From NCBI GenBank assembly GCA_951813565.1, contig OX638351.1, positions 672,001-736,000 of the forward strand: a stretch of DNA of 64,000 nucleotides, given 5' to 3'. Under the pieces are notes generated by a model. That model was not told where the DNA came from and did no database searches. It saw only the letters and a list, made by a program, of their open reading frames with translations. Shown piece by piece: positions 10,985 to 20,381 of the stretch. Made by a program: the position numbers and the translations under genes. Source of the stretch: an uncultured Poribacteria bacterium. Its GTDB lineage: Bacteria; Poribacteria; WGA-4E; WGA-3G. Position 1 is the stretch's first letter. Each line of letters starts with the position of its first letter.

Positions 10985-11734
10985 ATGCTACTATTATATT
11001 TGGCAATTGCATCGGCAACATTGCTGCTTGGCGCTGGAATAGCGTTGGTTTTTCGGGAGAAACAAGCGGAGTTTCATCTCATTTTTGGTTTTACTGCCGG
11101 TGCAGTCCTCGGTTTCGTCTTGATGCTAATGGTCCATCTCTTTACGGAAGTAGGTTACCCCACGATTTTAGTAATGTGGGGTGGTTTCTTGTTAATCTGG
11201 TTGTTGGAACATCTCACGCATCGGATGCAGGAACGTCTCGGTAATCAGGTAGAAGTTAAAAAGAAACAACATTGGGGTGTTAACTTAACCGTTATCGGGT
11301 TATCAATCCACTCAGTTGCAGATGGATTTAATCTCAGTATCGCCGCAGAAGAAGAGACAGTGGGTATAGCACTCGCGCTCGGAGTACTCCTTCACCGGTT
11401 TCCAGTAGCAACGGTAATAACTGCAGCGTTACGCCGCGATTATGGAGTTGGGCAAACATTATGCAGACTTATACCACTTTTTATTGCTCCGTTTATTGGG
11501 GCATTTATGGGAGAACGTTTACTACAAGGTATTTTTATGGAGTTGACCGAGTATTTAACTGCTTTTGCTGCGGGAACACTATTGCACGTTGTGATGGAAG
11601 GTTTGCGAGGTGGTTACGCGCCATCAGAAAAAAAGGTCAGTAATTCCACCAAGATAGCATTTGTCGTAGGATTGATTATAACTATATGCGCTATGTATTT
11701 TTTTCCTGGGTTAGAGCATGAGCATGTACACTAA
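10985..11734 (+). CDS. ZIP family divalent metal transporter
   Basis: HSVADG and LHRFP metal-site motifs, FAAGTLLHV, about 8 TM segments, His-rich tail EHEHVH. Confidence 0.85.
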   Translation: MLLLYLAIASATLLLGAGIALVFREKQAEFHLIFGFTAGAVLGFVLMLMVHLFTEVGYPTILVMWGGFLLIWLLEHLTHRMQERLGNQVEVKKKQHWGVNLTVIGLSIHSVADGFNLSIAAEEETVGIALALGVLLHRFPVATVITAALRRDYGVGQTLCRLIPLFIAPFIGAFMGERLLQGIFMELTEYLTAFAAGTLLHVVMEGLRGGYAPSEKKVSNSTKIAFVVGLIITICAMYFFPGLEHEHVH

Positions 11735-14255
11735 TACTTTAGCAATACGACCTGGGACACGCGTATACTCCATTCTAAAGAAGATATTCTGTTTTTTTAT
11801 ATTACTTTTAGTATTAGCAGTGCCGGTGGATGCGGCAGATATTCCAATTGTTGTGTCGGGTGAATCCAGGGCAACCGTGCAAATTGGTGCTAACGCTTCA
11901 ACTCAAGAGCGGTTTGCAGCATCCGAAATCCAAGCTTTTATTGAAAAATGGACAGGTGCGCAACTTGAACTACGTACTAATCAACAGTCAACGACAACGC
12001 GCACGGTTATAGTTTTAGGCACACCTACCTCAAATCCGACGATTCGCTCTCTTCAAGCAAAGATTGATTTAGAATTATCAGAAGAACTTGGTGAGGAAGG
12101 GTATCTAATTAAATCCGCTGACCTTGGAACAGAAATCGTTATTGTCGTGGCTGCCCATACCCCGCGTGGTGTGATTTATGGTGCTTATGCCTTTATTGAG
12201 GCATGTATCACCGCGTTGACAGGATTCAAACCTGTACATCCTGAGATAGCCGTTGCGCGTACACCTTCGCTGTCCTTGCCCCATCTGGACAAGACTTCCC
12301 GCCCGTTTTATCCCGTTCGAGCAGTATTGGAAGTAGATGACCCCGATTGGCTTGCAAGAAACCGTGTGAATATGAGCGGGGGTGAAGGAGTCTGGACAGG
12401 AACCGGTATTGAAGACGGATTTGGCACTGCCTTCAAATATGTTGATTCACCTCTATTTTTAGAATTATATGACGAGCCACGCACACAACGATTACAGCGG
12501 ATTGAGACACTCCAAAACCGGTTTAGTGCGCTTAGAGACCGCGGTATTGATGCCTACCTATTTATGTATTTAACAGGTGAACCGACAGAAGCGCTCATAA
12601 AAACACGTCCCGATCTATTGGGACCAGAGGTGCTATACGGGGCATCAAGGAACGAAGTTTCTTATCGACCGTTTTGCTGGTCAAAACCGGAATTTCACAC
12701 CTTAGCACGCCAATTGACTCAGGAAATCGTGAAAACCTACCCCGGTTTAGCAGGATTTCACCTACGATCTTGGGGACATGAGACGCGGGCGTGCAATTGC
12801 CCTGAATGTGGTGACCGCTCCCCAGAAGGACAAACGAAACTCTGGGAAGTGTATTTCACGATTATTAAAGCGGCGCAGGAGGTACGGCACGATTTCAAGT
12901 TTTATATTTCAGGGTATAATAGGAGTTGGCTGCATGACTCGGATGGTGACTATGCACGGCAATTGCCTAAAGGCACTATTTTTTCGCAGAAGTGGGGAGC
13001 AGACGGTGAACCGGTCATTGATCCAAATATTCCAATTGCACAAATGGAAGCACTCGGAAATATGGGACACCGATTCATTGTACTTTCGCATGACGTTGAG
13101 GAGGTAATGCCGTTCTGGATGCTTGAAAGTGATCTGTTTGTACAAGGTGTGCGTCAACTTGCTAACTTGCCTGAAGTTGTTGGATTAAGTGGGTTTACTG
13201 TCCAAGGTGCAACACAAGGCTTAGGTTACCTTGACCGCCTTGTAAGTGCTCGTATTAATTGGGATATCCAACTTGACCACCTTCAGCTATTACGTAATGA
13301 ATTGGTGGCACGGTACGGAAACACTGAAGCAGCTGACTTGGTTCTAAGCGCACTACGTATCAACGGTTGGACGTTGGCAAGCTACTTTTCAGATTATGCG
13401 AGTTCTCTTTCCATCGGTGGCGCTTATGGCAGTGGGTCCGCGGGTTTAGCCACGCGGTTTTGGAACCTGATTGGTAGGAAAGCGGTGGAAGATACGTTGG
13501 CGATTCCCGAATTAAAAATCGCACAGACTGCTGTCCACCGATTCACAAATCTTCTGGCACCACAGCAACGCGCAGCGAATGAGATGCGGGAAGCACAGGA
13601 ACTCGCTGAACCGGTGGATATTGAAGCATCACAAGATTTGAGTGATGCAATGCATTTAATGAGACTGTGGGTTTTGCTATTTCAGAGCCGCGAAAAACTG
13701 GTAGAAGCAATTACCCTCGGTTATGAAGTGAACACCGGTAGTGCGATTAACGCTAAACTTGCCAGTGCAGCGGAGTTCTCAAAATCTATACAACCTTTGA
13801 TAAAGCAGTTTGAAGAATTCGGTCCTCTTTTTGGCTATTCGCATCAGACGAATGAGGTAGAATTGGTAAATACATTAAAAGAAGAGGTGGCATTGCTAAC
13901 CAGCTTTGATTATCGAACGCTCCAAAAACATGATGAAAGTTTTTCACCAGAGGAGACCGAATTCCGCATCTCCGAAGGGCATAATTATCCCAATCCACTC
14001 AAGCGTAAAACAACATTTACCTATCAGTTGACACTTGACGCAGATGAGGTGAAGATTACGATTTATACTTCAGCGGGGCGACGGATACAGGTTTTGAAAG
14101 ATGTTTCTGCCAAAGAGGGGTATAACGAGGTGACGTGGAACGCACAAGATGCTGAAGGCGCGCCGCTTGCGAACGGGGTTTACTTTTACAAAATCCGTGC
14201 TGTTCTCGGAGATAAAAAGGTTGAAAGTATCCACCGATTAGCAGTGATTAGGTAG
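11718..14255 (+). CDS. Secreted glycoside-hydrolase-like protein (GH20/GH67-type N-domain) with C-terminal FlgD-Ig/T9SS-like domain
   Basis: EEGYLI...RGVIYGAY N-domain, CNCPEC, C-terminal NYPNP...IYT..GR...WN..D..G..LANGVYFYKI; true start may lie slightly downstream. Confidence 0.65.
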   Translation: MSMYTNTLAIRPGTRVYSILKKIFCFFILLLVLAVPVDAADIPIVVSGESRATVQIGANASTQERFAASEIQAFIEKWTGAQLELRTNQQSTTTRTVIVLGTPTSNPTIRSLQAKIDLELSEELGEEGYLIKSADLGTEIVIVVAAHTPRGVIYGAYAFIEACITALTGFKPVHPEIAVARTPSLSLPHLDKTSRPFYPVRAVLEVDDPDWLARNRVNMSGGEGVWTGTGIEDGFGTAFKYVDSPLFLELYDEPRTQRLQRIETLQNRFSALRDRGIDAYLFMYLTGEPTEALIKTRPDLLGPEVLYGASRNEVSYRPFCWSKPEFHTLARQLTQEIVKTYPGLAGFHLRSWGHETRACNCPECGDRSPEGQTKLWEVYFTIIKAAQEVRHDFKFYISGYNRSWLHDSDGDYARQLPKGTIFSQKWGADGEPVIDPNIPIAQMEALGNMGHRFIVLSHDVEEVMPFWMLESDLFVQGVRQLANLPEVVGLSGFTVQGATQGLGYLDRLVSARINWDIQLDHLQLLRNELVARYGNTEAADLVLSALRINGWTLASYFSDYASSLSIGGAYGSGSAGLATRFWNLIGRKAVEDTLAIPELKIAQTAVHRFTNLLAPQQRAANEMREAQELAEPVDIEASQDLSDAMHLMRLWVLLFQSREKLVEAITLGYEVNTGSAINAKLASAAEFSKSIQPLIKQFEEFGPLFGYSHQTNEVELVNTLKEEVALLTSFDYRTLQKHDESFSPEETEFRISEGHNYPNPLKRKTTFTYQLTLDADEVKITIYTSAGRRIQVLKDVSAKEGYNEVTWNAQDAEGAPLANGVYFYKIRAVLGDKKVESIHRLAVIR

Positions 14256-14436
14256 TGCAGTCCACCATCTCATAAATCAATGGGTGTTCCGCAAATGCCC
14301 GCTAATTTGGCGTTGATTTGAACATGGTAGCAGGCACGCTCCGCGTGCCGTAGCGGGTTACGGTATACGGAGTATGTCTACTACTTTGCACTATCTCGTA
14401 GATTGGGTTTCACCTACGCTTTATCCAACCTACGAA

Positions 14437-17400
14437 CTACGAATCCACTTGCTGACGCTTTGGAAGCGTATAGACACCCCGTCGCACCCGGACGATCTCG
14501 CCTGCATCTAAAAGCCGCTTGAGCTCATTTCCTACCGCCTGCGGACTACTATCAAGCGCTGCGACGAGTGATGATGTTGTTTTCTCACGACCAGAAGATA
14601 GTAGAAACAGTATCTGTTCACGAAAAGGAACGCGAGGAATGTTATTGACACCCCGCAGCTTCTGCAACATACGGTTCGCTTGCCTTGAGGAGCATCCTAA
14701 CACACGTTCTACTTCTTCTCTGCGGGATTCGGCGGTTAGGTTATCACGTTCCGCTTCAAAACGTTCGCGTGTACGGATGGTTTCCTCAAGTTTGTGTAAC
14801 CCACCAGCGATCTCAAAGTCTATCCAATCAAAAAGAAGTGTTTCCGGTCTATCAGTGATGTCCGACAGTTCGATGTTGTTGAGCAGCATCACTGTCTTAC
14901 CACTATTACGGTTCAATCCTACGTGTCCGACAATCTGTGTGAGTAACCCTTCAACCTTTTGGTCGTGGATCCCTTGTATGCGTTCATCTTCATAGTGTCC
15001 AGTCCATATTTTTCCTTTATAATTGAGCGGTTTTTCGTCGTTTCCAAACAACGTCTGCGCTTCGCCCAAAATTAATTGTTGCGAAAAAAATGGCGTGCCG
15101 ACTATCCATAAAACCTGTGCTGCTTCTATTTCTTCCCCTATCTCGTGCAACGCTTTGAATTTCCTTACAAAACAGACGTTCTGCTTTGCTGCCAGGTCGG
15201 CTAATTTTTTTATAATTGCGCTATTTGTAACAATCGCGTGTTTTATGCTCGGATCCCTCTCAATTTCTGTCCGGATACGTATAAAATAACTTTCTCCTAT
15301 TTTAGACAACTCCATAACGTTGGAATTGAGATTGTAGTTTAGAATGGCATGTGGCGATTCGCTGCTTGTGCGGACTTGAAAGACTTTGTTGTCTGGTGCC
15401 CATGTTGTCGGTTCAACACGGATGACATCCATTTGTTCATTGGGGAACACCCTGTGAAGCTGCTGCTCGGAGAGAGATATGGATATTAGCAAGAGACGTT
15501 TGACGTGTGGATACAGCTTGGGCGGCATCCGAAACTCTAAATATTCACCATCCCACCACATTGGTGCATCAACATCCCGCGTGTAATGCGCAAAGAAACG
15601 CTCCAACTGATGCCAATACGTCCAATCTGGATGCCGACAGACGGTGGGCAATAAATTTATTTTCTCTACGGTTTGGATATCAAAAATGCCTAATGCGATA
15701 GCTTCTGCCATCTGCATCGGGATTGCGATATCTTCTGTAGGAGCGATCTCCGAATCAACACTATTGGTGGACAGGAACCGACGGAGCGCGCCTACTACCA
15801 TGGAATGCGGTAAGAAAGGCAAGCCCATCGCTTTAAGTTTATCTTCAGCATTGACGTCCAAAGGGATGTAGGCAGTTGCGCCGCTGTGAAAGTCAATGGC
15901 GTAACGTGCTAATTCTGTTCCTGTTTCGGGGTCAACATTCTTGTGCGGGACGACTGTGCCTCGTACATTAATGTAACACATCTGTTGAATAATTTCGTCT
16001 TTGTGTTGTCGGAACGCTTCAACAACTGCGCGAACCGGTCTGATCGGATTGCTATATGGGTTGCTTTGTGTCCCAATTGCATTTATTAAGGCTGCGGCAA
16101 AGTTACCTAAAGTTTTTCCCTGCCAATTGACGCTCCATTCCTCCATGACTTTTTTTGAAAACCCACATTTCAGAAATAGGTTGGGTGTTGATGTTTCAAA
16201 TTCATCAATGATACAGGTCCGTTCCGGGTGATTTGTCCCCCCCAATGTCTGTTGGGCCAGGTGTGTGCGTCGTGGATCCAGAAACAGTTGCTTGATTGAT
16301 GATACCTGTGCCTTTACGCGTTGTAATGTGAGCGGTTGGGATAGATACCCGCGTTCTTGGCATGCAGTCCAAACGGGACACTGTGGACAGGTACTTTTAG
16401 GTGCGTTGCCGCCCTTTTCCTCAAACGCACGGAACCGCTCAGCATCCTCACATACATTGCCGTGTCGGAAGGGTTCTGCCATGCGGACATCTGCCGGGAT
16501 ATCCTTCACCTCCTCCCACCGGTACGTTACTGTTCGCCAGTGCGCGATAACAGGTGCGTTTTTTGATTGGTAACGTTGTTCTGCGGCTTCTGCTAAACTG
16601 TGGCTCGCTATGTTTAGGCAAGTCGCACGGTTGTTCAAGAGATAGGTTTCTGCTTCGGTGTTCGTCAATATGCCCACTTCGGAAGACGTGAGTGCAAGGA
16701 TGCGTGTCCCGCGCTTCAAAATTTGTTGGATTTGCGCTGAACGTTCTTTAGCGTTTTTATATTCTTTTGGGGCTGTCTGCTGCTTTTGAAATTTCGATGG
16801 CAAACGTTTGATTGCCAATGGACTTAGATGCCCCTCCCGAATGGCGAGTAATGTTTTGCTCACAGGCAGTCCGGTATCAACGGGTGGTGCTGAAATGCCG
16901 GTGTCTTCCCATATATCTGTTATTGGTACAGCATGTGTGGGAAACTCGGTATTCGGTGTAGCCGCACGAACCCATACTATGTTGTAGTCCTCCCACAGTG
17001 ACACGTACACATCGTTGCGCGTCCAGTAGTGAAAACCGTCTGTTTCTCGATCGTAAGAAAAACCATGTTTCAAAAACGTTTCTTTCGCGAGATCAAGATT
17101 ATTTGAACCAAGGGACGGTAGGGTAGCAATGTTGGATTTGGGAACGTCTTTTAGAAACTTTTGTTGAGAAGATTCGGGTTCGTGCAGTGCAGCACGAAGG
17201 TTATTAATAGGTGCAAAGAGTACCTCTTTGGTAATGACAGGTGGATTTAACAGATTACCGCTCAGCACCTGATACCGTAAATCCCAGCGGCTGTAACCTT
17301 TGTCCCCACGGACTTCCAGGTAAATGTCACGGTGGCTCGGGTTTTCGTCGGTTGGCTTGTGCTTATAGATGAAAAATTTCGCTGCATCGATGTTCGGATG

Positions 17401-17907
17401 CAGGTAATCCTGGATTCGGCAAGAGAACCGGAGCCCACCGGATTTTGTCAGCGTTAACAATGGGGTGGCAGTGGTGTTGAGGAGTGCTTCAATACAAGTA
17501 GCAACAGCTTCCGGGGCATCACAGATCGCCTTGTATGTAAATTCAAGGTCGTGCCATTGCGCACCATCACGTTCAGATGGGATGCCGGTATATATCTGAA
17601 TTCCCCATGAGGTATACCACTGTTTTATTCGCCAGTCTTGCGTGCCTTGCCGTTTTAAGAATCGTTCACCGCCAAAATCTTGTGGGCCTTTGTCGTTTTC
17701 AGGCGCGTGGCCTATTGGCATAAAGGAGATTTCTGCATTCTCAAGCGCATCAAGTATCATAGGATTGCTGCGCGCACAATGCACCTTAATGTGATAGGGA
17801 AAACTCTTATACAACGCAGGTGTTATCACTGTTTTGCGTTGCCGAAGTATTTCTCTTTCTACATGTCGTTTGTGGCAAAGTTGAAAAATATCTTGTAATA
17901 CATTCAT
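14437..17907 (-). CDS. Large divergent Prim-Pol / SF2-helicase-like protein with Cys cluster and C-terminal HTH/winged helix
   Basis: HDLE, TKSGGLRF, LEVRGDKGY (Prim-Pol-like); C..CPQCPxxxxC; IIDE; C-terminal LKRLLDAGEIVRVRRGVY; start at MNVLQ behind an AAGAGG RBS. Confidence 0.55.
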   Translation of the reverse strand: MNVLQDIFQLCHKRHVEREILRQRKTVITPALYKSFPYHIKVHCARSNPMILDALENAEISFMPIGHAPENDKGPQDFGGERFLKRQGTQDWRIKQWYTSWGIQIYTGIPSERDGAQWHDLEFTYKAICDAPEAVATCIEALLNTTATPLLTLTKSGGLRFSCRIQDYLHPNIDAAKFFIYKHKPTDENPSHRDIYLEVRGDKGYSRWDLRYQVLSGNLLNPPVITKEVLFAPINNLRAALHEPESSQQKFLKDVPKSNIATLPSLGSNNLDLAKETFLKHGFSYDRETDGFHYWTRNDVYVSLWEDYNIVWVRAATPNTEFPTHAVPITDIWEDTGISAPPVDTGLPVSKTLLAIREGHLSPLAIKRLPSKFQKQQTAPKEYKNAKERSAQIQQILKRGTRILALTSSEVGILTNTEAETYLLNNRATCLNIASHSLAEAAEQRYQSKNAPVIAHWRTVTYRWEEVKDIPADVRMAEPFRHGNVCEDAERFRAFEEKGGNAPKSTCPQCPVWTACQERGYLSQPLTLQRVKAQVSSIKQLFLDPRRTHLAQQTLGGTNHPERTCIIDEFETSTPNLFLKCGFSKKVMEEWSVNWQGKTLGNFAAALINAIGTQSNPYSNPIRPVRAVVEAFRQHKDEIIQQMCYINVRGTVVPHKNVDPETGTELARYAIDFHSGATAYIPLDVNAEDKLKAMGLPFLPHSMVVGALRRFLSTNSVDSEIAPTEDIAIPMQMAEAIALGIFDIQTVEKINLLPTVCRHPDWTYWHQLERFFAHYTRDVDAPMWWDGEYLEFRMPPKLYPHVKRLLLISISLSEQQLHRVFPNEQMDVIRVEPTTWAPDNKVFQVRTSSESPHAILNYNLNSNVMELSKIGESYFIRIRTEIERDPSIKHAIVTNSAIIKKLADLAAKQNVCFVRKFKALHEIGEEIEAAQVLWIVGTPFFSQQLILGEAQTLFGNDEKPLNYKGKIWTGHYEDERIQGIHDQKVEGLLTQIVGHVGLNRNSGKTVMLLNNIELSDITDRPETLLFDWIDFEIAGGLHKLEETIRTRERFEAERDNLTAESRREEVERVLGCSSRQANRMLQKLRGVNNIPRVPFREQILFLLSSGREKTTSSLVAALDSSPQAVGNELKRLLDAGEIVRVRRGVYTLPKRQQVDS

Positions 17908-18033
17908 GATGTCCCTCTTTCCATACCCAAACCCGGTAGGTGCATTTTCATGAGGATTAAAAATATATTTCGGTAATTTTCTAACCATCTACATCTTGTT
18001 TTATGTTTTCTTGTGTGAGGTTCATTATCTTGT

Positions 18034-18167
18034 TGTCTGAATCACGGAAGGCGCTGAGGACACTGCGTTCACGGAAGTCCTTTCTATTCATTTATGTTTC
18101 TTCTTAGCAGAAATAGTAATGGAACGGAAATGCTTCTGCGTCTTCCGCGCCTTCCGTGATTCAGACA
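18034..18167. repeat. Foldback element with 21-bp perfect inverted repeats (TGTCTGAA family)
   Basis: TGTCTGAATCACGGAAGGCGC / GCGCCTTCCGTGATTCAGACA; related family at 38153-38263 and 58444-58730. Confidence 0.75.
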
Positions 18168-18616
18168 GAAAAGGGATCAGATTACCGAATTAATAACTTA
18201 ATCTTCATGAAAACGCGCTTACCTTTGGGTAATAAATCCAAATCAACGCTGAATGCGCGTTTAGGCATTCAGCGGGCTTACAAAACCCTCCCATAAGAGG
18301 TAATTCAGTAATTATGTGCTTAAATTGACAGTTATGGGTAGAGTGCAAGCAAAACCTACCAAATCAACGCTGAATACGAGTTCGGATTCCGGGCCAAACC
18401 ATATTCAGTGCTAACAGGGATATTTAACCATTTCTCACATGTACTTGTTACGTTGATTTGGCGTTGATTACGCGCAGCATTGCCCAAACCCGATAGGTGC
18501 GGTTAGAAACAGCGCCTACCAAGGTAGAACAGCATCGGCGCGGGGAAACCCTGAAACTCCCCTACAATGTTAAATAAGACGTGATGCCAAATTAACACCG
18601 ATACCCTTAATATGTA

Positions 18617-18773
18617 CAGGACTTACGCAATTTTCATGATTTTTGCAATAATTACGGTTAAAATAGCGTAATTTTTAGCAGAGTTCTGAACTATGGCGCT
18701 TTTACAAAACGCCAAATCAACGGTCCGAATGCCATTTAGGCATTCCCCGCCTACCGCGTGTGCGTAAGCCCTG
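18617..18773. mobile_element. MITE with CAGGACTTACGCA termini and 5-bp TSD
   Basis: TIR 12/13 match; ATGTA on both flanks; related copy at ~2106-2219. Confidence 0.75.
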
Positions 18774-19107
18774 ATGTAATAAATTGTTGGGTTTCCGGTT
18801 GTTCCAACTAACTTATACCATTTCTAAATTATAACTTCCCATTTACAAAAAACGCGTTTAATGTGAATGTCGGACGCACATTCACCAAGCGCAATTCATT
18901 GCGCCTCGGACATTCAACATAAGATAAGTTTCAAAATCTCATAGAATCTTCGTAATGGTATTTTATTTATTAGAATTGGTATTATAGACTATTGATCGGT
19001 ACGCTTAGGAAAACATACCTACCGTTGTCTTATATCTTAATATGTTAACATATACCTTAATTTTTATCAAGCTTTTTACATTATAAATGGTATGTGCATA
19101 ATTATTC

Positions 19108-19452
19108 GAGGGGTGTGCATAAATAATTCCGATGTTAAATATGCGCTTAAAGGTAGTCCGCACACGCCGTGGGTTTCCATCCACAAGTTCAAAGAGGCGC
19201 AGCATGCCACACGGGGAATGCCATAAGGCATTCGGACCCGGTGAATGACTAAAGACGAATGCGCTTGGTAGAATACGCTTTTGGTATTCTACATGATTCG
19301 CCATGATTCATACCGTTGATTTCTTGATTTGGCGCATGCTGCGTTGATTTGGCAATAAATTGCGCGACTACAAACGCATTGCTATAAATCAAGCGGCACC
19401 TGGCGTCTGTCCTTGTCTGTGTTGATACGCCAAATATTTATGCACACCCCTC
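19108..19452. mobile_element. MITE with 18-bp TIRs and 8-bp TSD
   Basis: GAGGGGTGTGCATAAATA / TATTTATGCACACCCCTC; AATTATTC duplicated at 19100-19107 and 19453-19460. Confidence 0.85.
19199..19351 (+). mobile_element. Multi-level nested hairpin-TGATT composite
   Basis: Inserted in AAGAGGC^GCAATAAATTGCGCGACTAC; near-identical inverted copy at 25927-26088 and a variant at 28436-28588. Confidence 0.8.
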
Positions 19453-19526
19453 AATTATTCAGTGTGAATCCAAATCCGTAGTTTACTAACCATGGTAGGC
19501 GCGTTTTGTCCACGCGCCGTTAGGTA

Positions 19527-20017
19527 ATACCAATTCTATAAATGAATTTCCCTTCGAATTAGAATATACTATACTTTGGACAATTTTAGCTGTTTTCGTG
19601 AGGTTGGGTTAGAGAAAAACATATAGTTTTCATATTGGACACCTGTCGCCCCGCTGGGGCTGAAGCGGGTTGTTTACCGCGTTTCTATACACCTGTCGCC
19701 CCGCTGGGGCTGCCCAAAAGGTATTTTTGGACGAGTTCTTTCAGCAAGCAAAATCGCAGAAAATATAAATAATATAAGATGACACCTTAGCCCCAGCGGG
19801 GCGACAGGTATATAGAAGAAGGTAATTGCCGCTGTCTAAAGCCCCCGCGGGGCGACAGGTGTCCAATATTTTGCTTTGGACACCTAACAGTTTCTCAGCA
19901 AGTCCTCGAACAATATGTAAATTGTCCAAACTATAGTAGAATATAAGAGGTGCAATGAATTGCGCGACTACGAACCAGCTATTTCTTAAAGGGTATGTTA
20001 TTTTATAGAAATGGTAT
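19527..20017. mobile_element. MITE-like element (ATACCAATTCTA...TAGAAATGGTAT) hosting a second MITE
   Basis: Same termini at ~18816-18982, ~38279-38422 and ~58498-58603, each enclosing the GCGCAATGAATTGCGC palindrome. Confidence 0.65.
19569..19936. mobile_element. IS4-like MITE with 18-bp TIRs and 9-bp TSD
   Basis: CTATACTTTGGACAATTT / AAATTGTCCAAACTATAG (17/18); TAGAATATA duplicated; four internal CACCTGTCGCCCCGCTGGGGCT-type repeats; left end recurs at ~2515. Confidence 0.85.
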
Positions 20018-20250
20018 AATCTTTAGCACAGATATAGGCGCGCTTACATGAAGATTAAAAAATGAATTCGGTAATATTGCAGAGAAACTCGGTGCGATTA
20101 GATGAAGTTTAAGAAAATAAACCGGTAATTTGGCGAGGTTAGGAAAACTCGCCAGCAGAGGTGGACACCTGCCTTGTGCGGACGGAAAAATACCGAAAGA
20201 ATAAATTAATCTTCATGAAATCGCACCTACCGGGTTTTAGCTGAATAACT

Positions 20251-20330
20251 TGAAATTTTCGCAAAAAATGGAGAATTTTCGCAAAAAATGGAGAATTTTC
20301 GCAAAAAATGGAGAATTTTCGCAAAAAATG
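20251..20330. repeat. Tandem repeat, 4 x 20 bp (GAGAATTTTCGCAAAAAATG)
   Basis: Read directly; first copy degenerate in its first bases; no spacers. Confidence 0.95.
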
Positions 20331-20352
20331 TGTGTTTTTTTGTAATTTTTAC

Positions 20353-20381
20353 TTGACTTATAACGTATATTATTATACAAT
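20353..20381 (+). promoter_or_regulatory. sigma70-type promoter
   Basis: TTGACT-17 bp-TACAAT, followed by a 15-bp perfect inverted repeat at 20387-20423. Confidence 0.6.

Noticed and set aside
19005..19304. ORF MANHVEYQKR... also seen at 25983-26318
   Set aside because: The shared N-terminus is simply the translated nested repeat; the C-termini are unrelated flanking DNA and there is no RBS
20251..20330. CRISPR array or plasmid iterons
   Set aside because: No spacers and no cas genes. An iteron origin is not excluded, but there is no adjacent Rep gene and a promoter follows directly
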